64,000 nucleotides of DNA, taken from assembly GCA_963807635.1 (NCBI GenBank), contig CAWEDJ010000071.1, positions 32,001 through 96,000 of the forward strand. Reading direction: 5' to 3'. The number at the start of each line of letters is the position of its first letter. The stretch's first letter is position 1. Positions 1-9,610 of this stretch are shown here, one piece after another. Origin of the DNA: an uncultured cyanobacterium (GTDB lineage: Bacteria; Cyanobacteriota; Cyanobacteriia; Cyanobacteriales; Microcystaceae). The notes beneath the pieces are model-generated. The model was not told where the DNA came from. It saw only the letters and a list, made by a program, of their open reading frames with translations, and did not search any database. Position numbers and translations under genes: made by a program.

Positions 1-283
1 GATTATCTGCATAACCGTCATCAAAGGTGACAACCACTGCTCGATCTGGAAGTTTATTCTCTCGCAGAGCTTCTACCAATTGCTGAAGGCTAAGGGGACG
101 ATAGTATTTTTGTAAAACTTCTAGATGTTCGGCAAAATGTGATGGTGTCACACATAAAGACCAAGGATTTATCTCTACCTCAGCGACACGATGGTACATC
201 AAAATCAATCCTTTGGAAGAAGCTAGTTTTTTCTGTAGCCGTGTTAATATTCGCTGTAATTTGTCTCTTCTAAAAATTTTCAT
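1..283 (-). CDS. Polysaccharide deacetylase (NodB/CE4), partial, runs off the left edge
   Basis: Manual translation from the ATG at 283 (overlapping the upstream stop, TAATG): MKIFRRDKLQ...LILMYHRV...AVVVTFDDGYADN, with CE4 motifs YH and TFDDG. Confidence 0.85.
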   Translation of the reverse strand, partial: MKIFRRDKLQRILTRLQKKLASSKGLILMYHRVAEVEINPWSLCVTPSHFAEHLEVLQKYYRPLSLQQLVEALRENKLPDRAVVVTFDDGYADN

Positions 284-1065
284 TAACTAACCTTAGGTTT
301 CACTGCTCTAACGGTTATCAAGACTTGATAGCTAGGATCACGATAATTCAACTCTTTTGAATTGAGTTCCTGGCTAGATAATCCCTGCAAAAAAGCTGTA
401 GCTGTCAACACATTTCCATAGGTCTCTACTTGAATATTCTCCTTGGGAAATGCTTCTAAAAAAAGTCGTTGGGTAGAGGCTGTTGTAAAACCCCAATACC
501 AACAAGATGAACCCCAACTTTTATCATCTTTTCCAGGATCTAATATTGGAGTAAGATTCGGAAGAGTTGCCAACAAAACTCCGCCAGGTTTTAAAATGCG
601 ATAAATTGTTTTCACTGCGCTTCGCACATCATAGAGATATTGCAGTGTTTGAGTCAGGATAAAGCAGTCAAAGGTATCAGATGGAATTTGAGGAGCATTA
701 GTGAGGTCTCCAACTATCGTGGCTTTTGGGTTGTCTTCTATCGCATGAAGCACATCGCTTTTAGTGACGCGATCGCCCCCATATTTATTGGTATAAGAGC
801 TATCTCCAATTTCCAAGACACGCCCTTTAATCTCATCAGAATGACTGGCAAGAAAATTCTCAATATAGTAGCGATCAATTGGTTGTCCTCGTTCTATCCC
901 CCAATTATTGCTAATCGGTTTTAATCGTCGCAGATCTCCCATGCGGACACGATCCAACGGAGGATCGAGTTTAAGTACTTGCCATTGAGTTTTAATCCAG
1001 TGGAAAACAGAAGATGGCAATGTTTGTTGTGCTATTAACTTTAATTGCTGGTTATTGATCATCAT
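283..1065 (-). CDS. Class I SAM-dependent methyltransferase (polysaccharide-cluster type)
   Basis: VLEIGD, FDCFILTQTLQY and RILKPGG motifs. Confidence 0.8.
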   Translation of the reverse strand: MMINNQQLKLIAQQTLPSSVFHWIKTQWQVLKLDPPLDRVRMGDLRRLKPISNNWGIERGQPIDRYYIENFLASHSDEIKGRVLEIGDSSYTNKYGGDRVTKSDVLHAIEDNPKATIVGDLTNAPQIPSDTFDCFILTQTLQYLYDVRSAVKTIYRILKPGGVLLATLPNLTPILDPGKDDKSWGSSCWYWGFTTASTQRLFLEAFPKENIQVETYGNVLTATAFLQGLSSQELNSKELNYRDPSYQVLITVRAVKPKVS

Positions 1066-1123
1066 TGCTTCTATTTGTTCTTGTAGGCGAAAAAATATAT
1101 TTAGCGAATTAATTGAGTTGCCT

Positions 1124-2277
1124 TCAGTCTATTTGGACAATTTGTTCAAACTTTTCATAAAAAGTTTGCCAAGCTTTTTCAAAAGAAAGATTGGTCTGAC
1201 AAAAATTTAGGCATCTATCACTATACTCTTTGCGGTTATTCATAAGTTCAGTTACAGCAGCAGGTATTTCAGATGGATTGTTAACCAATACACCTAATTG
1301 ATAATCTTTGACAAACGATAAGTAAAACATAGGGTCTTTTGAAGCGATAACAGGTGAACCACAAGCTAGACTGCGCAGTAACTTTCCCGATGAAAACCCC
1401 AGATATTCAATGGGTTTACCAAAATTGCGATACAGTGCAAAATTCCCTGCACAATATGAAACTAGAGAGTTAAGGTGTCCTTCTGACATTGGTTCATAGC
1501 TCCAAATAACTTTGCCTGGAACTTCAAGATGGGATAATTGTTGGCGGTATTTTTCTACTTTTTGGTGATAGGCACTATGTAATATTAAGACAGCTTTTTC
1601 GGCCAATAAGGCAGAGTAGATAAGAGTTCAGGAGTTTGTGCCCAATCGGCTATTGAACCTGCATATAAAAAAGGAATACAATCGCTTGAAAGTTCTAATC
1701 TTTCATGCCAATTTATTTCTTCAAGCGGATGATTAATAATTGCCATATTAGGCAACACAGCGTAGGGTTTGTTCGCAATATCTAATTCTTCGCACAAAGG
1801 CACAAAACGTTTTTCGTCAAGAACTACAACCATCGCCGCATTTTTGACTGCTTGTCGTTCAAGTCGTGTCCAACGACTGTAAGCAAATGCGCAAGGAAAC
1901 TCATCATTTAAGTAAATAAAGGGACATTGACTAGATTTCGCAATGATGTCTGCAATATAAGCACCAATTTGACCTAAACCAAAAACACAACAGTAATTTG
2001 TCTGCCATTGAAACTGCCATTGAAACTGCAAAGGTCGCCAGATCGGCTTTAGTCGGTTAAACCGTAATGGCTCCCTAAACTCTTTGATAGTGACTGTATC
2101 TGGCAATAAATTTTTATAATTGTCAGAAGGTTCTTCCCAAAGATAAAGATCTATCTGCCAGCCCATTTTTGCTAGGAATATAATCGAATTGAGTGCAAAT
2201 GGCATTGATTCTAAACGTCTTAAGTTTGGGTCTTGGGGATGATAAATAAAAGCAATTTTTTTTGGTTTCATATACAA
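1124..2277 (-). CDS. Glycosyltransferase (GT-B/GT4-like), split by a frameshift near 1600
   Basis: ORFs 1585..2277 and 1124..1606 join into one protein (FLYAGSI...SSGKL...LACGSPVIAS); the break is at a GGCC site. Confidence 0.7.
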
Positions 2278-2360
2278 AAAACTGGTCTGGTAATGTGAAT
2301 GTTACTTATCCTCGGTAAGGGGTTCCGCTTGTAATTTATATTGCACTGAAAGGCGAATTA

Positions 2361-3128
2361 CTAAGCTTCTCCCACAAAATACACTCCCCAAGTATTAAAA
2401 TTTGGTTGACGGCCTGTCATCCATTCACCACAATCAACAATCTTTAATCCAAATAAATTCATAAATAAATTTAATTCTTGTTGGAAGAGATAACGCATTT
2501 GATGGGTTTCTTGAAGTTCATGAACTGAACAACTATTCTTATCTTTAATAAAGACTTGATAATTAACATCAACTAAATTGTCATTGGGATATATTTCAGG
2601 CTCGGCAATTCGAGTGATTTGGACTTCTTCATTTTCTAGCCTTTTAATACGAACTGTGGGAGATTCACTTAATACGGCAGGGCCATACCAACAGTCGAAA
2701 ATAAATACTCCGCCAGGTTTGAGATGTTCTTTAACCGTTGCAAAGGCCGCTTGTAAATCTTCATTTGTTGTTTGATAACTAATTACATGAAACAAAGAAA
2801 GAATAACATCAAATTTTTGATTAAGCCTAACTTGGCGTATATCTCCTTGCCTAAAAGTAAGATTTGAAGCTAAATTAGTAGGAAGGTTCGATAAGCGATC
2901 GCGGGCTTGTTGTAACATTTCCTCACTTAAATCAATCCCATGAATGCTGTAGCCTTCTTTAGCGAGGAGCATTGCATGATTACCAGTCCCGCAGCCTAAC
3001 TCAAGAATTGATTGACCATTGGGTGCATGATTCTGAATAAGCCGATGAATAAATTTTGCTTCTCCAATATAATCTTTATCTCGATAGAGCAAATCATAAT
3101 ATCGGGAGTAGTTGCCAAAAACAGTCAT
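2361..3128 (-). CDS. Class I SAM-dependent methyltransferase (sugar methyltransferase-like)
   Basis: ILELGCGTG, GIDLSEEML and HLKPGGVFIFD motifs. Confidence 0.85.
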   Translation of the reverse strand: MTVFGNYSRYYDLLYRDKDYIGEAKFIHRLIQNHAPNGQSILELGCGTGNHAMLLAKEGYSIHGIDLSEEMLQQARDRLSNLPTNLASNLTFRQGDIRQVRLNQKFDVILSLFHVISYQTTNEDLQAAFATVKEHLKPGGVFIFDCWYGPAVLSESPTVRIKRLENEEVQITRIAEPEIYPNDNLVDVNYQVFIKDKNSCSVHELQETHQMRYLFQQELNLFMNLFGLKIVDCGEWMTGRQPNFNTWGVYFVGEA

Positions 3129-3379
3129 AATTCATCTCTCTAAAATATCTAAAATTAATTAAATCTGGACTTTTGTATTTTAAAAAATATTATGTATAAC
3201 CAATACGAACATAGTATAGAATTATAAAACACTGCTTTTTTTGCCTATTTAGAAGAGAAAGAATTCAAGGAATTATCTTATTTTTATTAGTGTACAAATT
3301 CAAAAAACGTCAAAACCCATAATTTCTGATTTTTCACAATAAATAAACTTAATTTTTCCATAAGTAACTTATATAAGTA

Positions 3380-4267
3380 TTAATTTTTTTGAAAAATTAA
3401 ATATTTTGTCCCATCTTTACTAAAAAAACTGCCAACAAATATAAACTCTCTTTTAGTAAAGAAATTTATCGCGTATATTTCACCAAAAAAACAGGGATAA
3501 TTGTAATCAGAATCTAGCCAATATTTGACCTTTTCATCATCTAAACAATCTTCTGTAAAAATATCAAAAACTACATATCCTAGTTCTTGGTGACTCGAAC
3601 TATTTCGAGAAGATATCTATAAATTATAAGAAATGGTAAGTAAACAAATACGCCATGAGCTGTAACTAAATCAATAGAAGAATCTGATGTATAACTTAGA
3701 GATTTTCCATCAGTAGGATGAGAAACTATTTTATATTTTTCAGTTAGCCATTTTGCCCAATCGTCATCAGGTTCATAACTTTCATAACGAGCTGGTTGAC
3801 ATAAATTGATAGTTTGCTCAACATATAGACCAGCTCCCGTTCCAATTTCACAGATATTTTGAATTGTTTGATTTAAAATGTCGAATTCTTTTAGTTGATT
3901 AATAACAATTTCCCTGTTATAGCCAATCTAAATGGGATGTGAACAGGCAAAAGATGAAATCTTTTAATTACCCAAAGCTCAATTAGCTTCTCTCCATGAC
4001 TTCTGTTAGAAATAAGGAATCAGTAAAAAGAGCTTCAAGTTTTCACAATTGGTTTAGGCTCGCTATATCATTGTGATTCCATATTTTATCCAAATAATCA
4101 GGAACAGAAAGATTACTTTGAGAAGCCGCATAAATCGTCTCCTTAGCAGATACATACCCTAACGCATTTCGATTATTAGCTACTTTGCTAATCTCTATCC
4201 CCAAAGATCTAGTTAAGCTTAGTACAGTTTTTTTAACAGATTTTTTCACTTTTTGTTGGAATTTCAT
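3380..4267 (-). pseudogene. SAM-dependent methyltransferase interrupted by a MITE
   Basis: Removing 3918-4067 and keeping one TA restores the frame: KIWNHND-NREIVINQL...ICEIGTGAG...IDLVTAHGVF...; a second shift near 3580 leads to GYVVFD and the stop at 3380. Confidence 0.8.
3918..4067. mobile_element. MITE with 26-bp imperfect TIRs and TA target duplication (IS630/Tc1-mariner-like ends)
   Basis: Left end TATAGCcaatCTAAAtgggaTGTGAA; right end (reverse complement) TATAGCgagcCTAAAccaatTGTGAA; excision restores the host reading frame. Confidence 0.85.
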
Positions 4268-5383
4268 TTATCTAATTACCTCATATAAAGCCAGAGAAAC
4301 TTGTTGAATTTGCTCATCAGTTAAAGCCATTCCACTCGGAATATAAAAACCTCGACGAGCATTTTTTTCCGCAATAGGATAAGATTCTCCTAAAAATAAT
4401 CCCATTTTTTGAAAAACAGGTTGTTCGTGCATTCCCCAGAAAAAAGGACGAGTCCCAATTTTCAATTCTCCTAAACGACGCATGGCTTCTTTGGCATCAA
4501 AATTTACCTCATCTTTAAGGACAATTCCATAAACCCAATAAATATTATTAGCATAATCAGTTTTAGCTAAGGGTAATTGCAAACAAGATAAATCAGAAAG
4601 CAACTCCGTATATTGTTTACCTATATTTCGTTTCCGAACAACAAATTCATCCAGACGCTCTAATTGGGCAATCCCTAAAGCCGCTTGTAAATTAGTCATA
4701 CGGAAGTTCCAACCCAACTCATAATGGACAAAACGTTGCTGGGGTTGAAAACATAAATTGCGGAGAGATAAGCACCGCTCTGCTAACAGTTGATTATCTG
4801 TAACAATCATGCCACCTTCACCCGTTGTAATGTGTTTATTGGGGTAAAAACTAAAGGTGCTAATCGTGCCAAAACTACCACAGGGTTTATCGCAATAGGT
4901 TTGACCGTGCATTTCGGCGGCATCTTCAATAATCTGTAAACCATATTTTTCTGCTAAAGCCAAAATAGGGTTTATATCCACTGGTAAACCGTAAATATGC
5001 ACCACCATAATGGCTTTAGTACGAGGCGTTATTCTGTCCTCAATTTGGTTTATGTCCATATTCCAGGTCAGGCGATCGCAGTCCACCAGAACAGGAGTCG
5101 CCCCTGCCCGAACAACTGCCGTCGCACAGGAGATAATGGTGAAGGTAGGCATAATCACTTCATCTCCCTTGCCAATATCCAAAGCGGCAACAGCAACATC
5201 TAGGGCAACAGAGCCATTACAGACCGCAATGCCGTATTTACGACCAACACGAGCCGCCATTTGCTCTTCAAACTGTTTAACAAATGGCCCTTCCGAAGAA
5301 ATCCAACCCGTATCAATACACTGATTCAGATATTTCTTTTCGTTACCATTAAGCAACGGTTCATTAACAGGAATAGGTTTCAT
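4268..5383 (-). CDS. DegT/DnrJ/EryC1/StrS PLP aminotransferase, perosamine-synthase-like
   Basis: GWISSEG, IIEDAAE, SFYPNKHITTGEGG (PLP lysine), NFRMTNLQAA. Confidence 0.9.
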   Translation of the reverse strand: MKPIPVNEPLLNGNEKKYLNQCIDTGWISSEGPFVKQFEEQMAARVGRKYGIAVCNGSVALDVAVAALDIGKGDEVIMPTFTIISCATAVVRAGATPVLVDCDRLTWNMDINQIEDRITPRTKAIMVVHIYGLPVDINPILALAEKYGLQIIEDAAEMHGQTYCDKPCGSFGTISTFSFYPNKHITTGEGGMIVTDNQLLAERCLSLRNLCFQPQQRFVHYELGWNFRMTNLQAALGIAQLERLDEFVVRKRNIGKQYTELLSDLSCLQLPLAKTDYANNIYWVYGIVLKDEVNFDAKEAMRRLGELKIGTRPFFWGMHEQPVFQKMGLFLGESYPIAEKNARRGFYIPSGMALTDEQIQQVSLALYEVIR

Positions 5384-5386
5384 AAA

Positions 5387-5827
5387 TTAAGGATTTAAAG
5401 TCAAAATTTGAGCTTGTTTATCAGTAATACCTTGAAAACGAGTTTTGTCCTTTTCTCCGACATAGGGGCCCTGTTTAACTTCGATCATTTCGATCTCTTC
5501 AACGACTTCAAAACCGTGACCCCCAGTGACCAATAAAATGACATCTCCTGCTTCTAACAAACGACTTTCTAAATATTCTTGATGATTGTTGTAAAAATCG
5601 ACTCGTAATCGACCCTTTTTAATAAAAAGAACTTCCTGGGTATATTCAACTTCACGAGGTACGGGATTATGAACATGGGGCTGAATAATTTTTCCCGTAG
5701 GATGACGCATATAAGCTAATTGTTGGGAAAGATCATCGGGTGAAAAGAAATGAATTCCTGGTTTATTAAATTGATGGGAAACAATCAAAGCTAATAATTG
5801 ATGGTGATAAGTAATTTTTTCAATCAT
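5387..5827 (-). CDS. Cupin-fold protein of sugar-nucleotide clusters
   Basis: HVH...QE...GGHGF...EVKQGPY cupin-like metal motif; lies 3 bp upstream of the aminotransferase. Confidence 0.65.
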   Translation of the reverse strand: MIEKITYHHQLLALIVSHQFNKPGIHFFSPDDLSQQLAYMRHPTGKIIQPHVHNPVPREVEYTQEVLFIKKGRLRVDFYNNHQEYLESRLLEAGDVILLVTGGHGFEVVEEIEMIEVKQGPYVGEKDKTRFQGITDKQAQILTLNP

Positions 5828-5850
5828 TTTTGTAATTCTTGGAATTTATT

Positions 5851-5945
5851 TATAGCGGTATTCAGTCGTATGAGGGGCAATAGAATTCTCGAAAAGCTTA
5901 CTGTACAAGACTGCAATACACCTCACTCATGCGATTACCGCTATA
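5851..5945. mobile_element. 95-bp MITE-like element (TATAGC...GCTATA family)
   Basis: TIRs TATAGCGGTAttcagtcgtaTGAGG and (reverse complement) TATAGCGGTAatcgcatgagTGAGG; TA at both ends. Confidence 0.75.
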
Positions 5946-6073
5946 AAAGTTTTTAATTGTTATATAGCAATAAAAAAGAGCTTAAAATTGCTCTTCAAAA
6001 TTACATATTTTGATATTTTTCACTGTTTTTTACTTTAGAATTTATGAAAAATTCAGAAAATCAAACCTGATTA

Positions 6074-7039
6074 CTACTCTAAAAGCCAATTATCTTTTAA
6101 TACTAGATCTTTCCATGACTGATTAATTATTAATCTATAATCATATTTAATCCTGTTTAAATAATAAAATATATATGCATATTTGATATGCCATTCAATT
6201 TTACCTTGGATTATATAAATAAAAGATTTTAATAATGATAGTACTATTTTAGATAAATATTTTATTGTATTTTTTAAAAGTGAGAAGTTTGAATAATGAT
6301 ATTTTCTAAAATCTGTATAACTATCACAATTCCCCTGATTTGCTAGTCGTTTATTCAGATAGGATTGCGTCATTCTTTGGGGCGGAATAAGATGATAGAT
6401 AATACTGGCTCCAGTATAACCAAATTTATATCCAAGTTCCTTAATTTTAATATTTAAGCCAGTTTCATTGTCACCAATCCACTCGCCTTCTATGATATCT
6501 GGGTTAAAGCCACCACTTTGCAAAAAAATATCTCTTAAAATTGCTTGATGACAACTGAAAATATTACAATCATTTTTAGAAATGATAAAATCTTCAGGTG
6601 GATCATTAAGGCTAAGTAAGCCATTAAAACATAACTTAATAATCCAATCTGGCGGTTTTATTTCCCATTTGGGTAAGACTTTTCCTGTTACGGAAGCAAC
6701 TTTTGGATCAAATTCAAATACTTTAATGATTTCCCTTAAAAGATTATTTTCTGCAATCATATCATCATCGGTGAAATAGAGTATTTCTCCATTAGCTATT
6801 TTTGCCGCAGAATTTCTCGCAAAATGAGATCCTTGACGAGACTCTTTAATATACTTAATTCTATTAGGATAATCTTTTATATAGCTATTAATTAACTCTT
6901 CAGTTGAATCTGTGGAGTTATTATTAGATACGATAATTTCATATAAATCTTTATCATAGGATTGATGTAAAAAACTATTAATTGTAAGTCCCAAGGTTTT
7001 TGCTCTGTTGTAAGTAGGTATTATGATAGAAATTTTCAT
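6074..7039 (-). CDS. Glycosyltransferase family 2
   Basis: ISIIIPTYNR, NNSTDST, ARN, FTDDD motifs. Confidence 0.9.
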   Translation of the reverse strand: MKISIIIPTYNRAKTLGLTINSFLHQSYDKDLYEIIVSNNNSTDSTEELINSYIKDYPNRIKYIKESRQGSHFARNSAAKIANGEILYFTDDDMIAENNLLREIIKVFEFDPKVASVTGKVLPKWEIKPPDWIIKLCFNGLLSLNDPPEDFIISKNDCNIFSCHQAILRDIFLQSGGFNPDIIEGEWIGDNETGLNIKIKELGYKFGYTGASIIYHLIPPQRMTQSYLNKRLANQGNCDSYTDFRKYHYSNFSLLKNTIKYLSKIVLSLLKSFIYIIQGKIEWHIKYAYIFYYLNRIKYDYRLIINQSWKDLVLKDNWLLE

Positions 7040-7063
7040 TTTTTTTGATCAACTATAGTTTGA

Positions 7064-8191
7064 TTAATTCCCTAAACCAAAAGCAAATTTTATCCAATGC
7101 TTTGTTCTTTGACATCCCTCAGAAAAAGAAATTAATGGTTGATATCCTAATGATTTTTTAGCTTTGGTAATTGGTAATACGTATTGACATTGCTGTAAGC
7201 TAATAATTTCTTGATCTAAGTTGGACAATAAAGTATAAATATTATCTATTTTTTTCTCACCTAAATTTGGTGCAGAAACAATTTGTAAAAACCTATTTTC
7301 TATGGTATCTATTACCTTGGCTTCTACAAGCTTTTTAACAACACGAATAAATCGAGAATAAGCAAGTTTTTTAATTATTTCTTGCCGTTTCAGGATTCGG
7401 TCAAATTCTGGCAATAATTGCTTTTTTAGTGTAGGAACAGTTGTTATATCTACATTGATCGCGTCCGCTACAGCACTGTATAAATCTCGCCAGGTGACCC
7501 TTTCTCCGTCTGTAATAATAAAATCTTGATTGGCCGCTTCTATTGTCATTGCACCTTTCCACATGGCGGTTACTAAATTATCCACGTAAACAGTGTTACA
7601 AATCCCTGATCCTTCATCAACTAGATAGGCTTTTCTATTGAATAAGTCAGAGGCGATTTGAGTAGTAAACCACTGGGAGCGGGGGCCAAAAACAATGGAT
7701 GGACGCAAAGTAACTACTTCAACCGCGCCATCTTGACGAAGCCGACGCAGTAAGTGTTCTGACATAACTTTGCTGACGTTGTATTCAAAAGGTTGTTTAG
7801 CAATGAGTTCACTGTCATCGTGGGTTCCCTGTATGGGATTATGTCCATGTACCACTGCACTACTCAAATAAACCAATCTTCTTACGCCTGCTTGAGCAGA
7901 TGCCCGATACGCCGCTTCTGCACTTTTAAGAATTGTTTGGCGATCGCCGACAACACAATGAAACAATATTTCACAGCCTTGTAGTTGAGATGCCAAGTTG
8001 TCTGTCAAAGTTGCATCAGCAATTCGACAATTTAATGTATCTAAATCTAATGTGATCAATTTAGCCAAACTTGAAAGCGATCGGACAATAGGTCTTACAT
8101 TCGCTAACTGATTAAGGGTAAGCCATTCTACTAGACGAAAACCAACAAATCCATTAGCTCCTAAAACAGCAACCATTGGTATTTTAGCCAT
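7064..8191 (-). CDS. NAD-dependent epimerase/dehydratase (extended SDR)
   Basis: GANGFVG, YLSS, YNVSK (YxxxK), LRPSIVFGP. Confidence 0.85.
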   Translation of the reverse strand: MAKIPMVAVLGANGFVGFRLVEWLTLNQLANVRPIVRSLSSLAKLITLDLDTLNCRIADATLTDNLASQLQGCEILFHCVVGDRQTILKSAEAAYRASAQAGVRRLVYLSSAVVHGHNPIQGTHDDSELIAKQPFEYNVSKVMSEHLLRRLRQDGAVEVVTLRPSIVFGPRSQWFTTQIASDLFNRKAYLVDEGSGICNTVYVDNLVTAMWKGAMTIEAANQDFIITDGERVTWRDLYSAVADAINVDITTVPTLKKQLLPEFDRILKRQEIIKKLAYSRFIRVVKKLVEAKVIDTIENRFLQIVSAPNLGEKKIDNIYTLLSNLDQEIISLQQCQYVLPITKAKKSLGYQPLISFSEGCQRTKHWIKFAFGLGN

Positions 8192-8251
8192 AAAAATTTC
8201 TTACACTTTTGATTGATTTTTTACGGGTTACAACTGCAACTCAATCACAGA

Positions 8252-9472
8252 TTATTTTGCCCAATCCATCGGCTCAATTGGCTCAAATGTTGTTGTTAAA
8301 TGAACAGTTGATCCTATATGAAATGCTTGATGAATGGCAATAACTAATTCATTATTATGTAATGCAAAATCAGCAGATAAACGATTAGGCCGTTGTTCAG
8401 TGATAGACGCTGCCATTTCTGCTACACCTCGACTTAAGTCCATCTGCATACCGCTATCTTCGTACCATTTTGATTTTGGAGGTTTTCGTACTAACGGATA
8501 AATCATCTTGGTTTGTTGTTTCATTAAAATTTTAGTCTGAATACGCTTCGCATAACTAAAGAATTTTTCTGCAAGAACAATGCTTTTTTTAAAAATATTA
8601 AATTCTGTTGAGTTAGTTAATGAAGATTTCTCTCTATATTCAACATATATAGGAGCATCATAAAACCAGCACTCTTCAGTTTCTAAAATGCCATGATCAC
8701 CAATAATTTTCAGCGAATGATTATGGGGGGCAACAATACTACAAGTAAGTCTTGCTACGACTCCAGACTTGAATTTGATACACGCTACTGAGAAATCGGG
8801 AGTATCAGGTGGTTCTAGTAACTCATCGCTAACTTTATTAGGAATTAAACAAGAAGCAAAGGCCGTAACTGATTCTGCTGGGCCAAAAAATGCAGTTAAC
8901 CAAGTAACGTAATAACCTGCATGTTCAAGGGTACAACCTATTTCAAATTCATCTTGATACGGCCAAGGAATACCCGATACGCTTAACCAGGTTTTATAAG
9001 AAGATTTATGTATCATTCCGTCGTCTATTTCAGCATAGACTAAACGCACTTTACCAACGGCATTTTCACGAACAGCTTTCCAGAGAGTCTGTGCTGTTTC
9101 ACCGAGAAGACTACAGGGAGCCGAAGTAATCTGTAAGCCTTGTTGATTGGCTAAGGCAACCAGATTTTTGCTCTCTGAAATCGTCATGGCTATTGGCTTT
9201 TCAGAATAAACGTGCTTACCTGCCTCTAAGCAAGCCTTAGAAACTTCATAATGGCTTCGAGGATTGGTTAGGTTTAAAACAATATCAACGTTACTATCCG
9301 TGAGTAGTTCATCCAGTGTTTCATAAAAAGGAATTGAGTGATATTGGGAAAATTTAACAGCGCGATCGCGAATTGTGTCCATCACTCCTACCAATTCCAA
9401 CTCAGGATGTTCAGGTAGTGTCTGAACATAGTAATCAGCAATATGACCACATCCAACAATAGCAATTTTCAT
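8252..9472 (-). CDS. Gfo/Idh/MocA family oxidoreductase
   Basis: IAIVGCGHIA and AGKHVYSEKP motifs. Confidence 0.9.
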   Translation of the reverse strand: MKIAIVGCGHIADYYVQTLPEHPELELVGVMDTIRDRAVKFSQYHSIPFYETLDELLTDSNVDIVLNLTNPRSHYEVSKACLEAGKHVYSEKPIAMTISESKNLVALANQQGLQITSAPCSLLGETAQTLWKAVRENAVGKVRLVYAEIDDGMIHKSSYKTWLSVSGIPWPYQDEFEIGCTLEHAGYYVTWLTAFFGPAESVTAFASCLIPNKVSDELLEPPDTPDFSVACIKFKSGVVARLTCSIVAPHNHSLKIIGDHGILETEECWFYDAPIYVEYREKSSLTNSTEFNIFKKSIVLAEKFFSYAKRIQTKILMKQQTKMIYPLVRKPPKSKWYEDSGMQMDLSRGVAEMAASITEQRPNRLSADFALHNNELVIAIHQAFHIGSTVHLTTTFEPIEPMDWAK

Positions 9473-9610
9473 TAATGTTATCCTTTTTATCTGAAGATTT
9501 ATGCGAAGATTTTCAGGGTTGAAAAATTGTAGATTGCTCTCAAAACGATAGATTTATTAATTACTGCCTGAATACTTACTTTTTTGAAATAAAAATTATT
9601 GATTTTTTTG

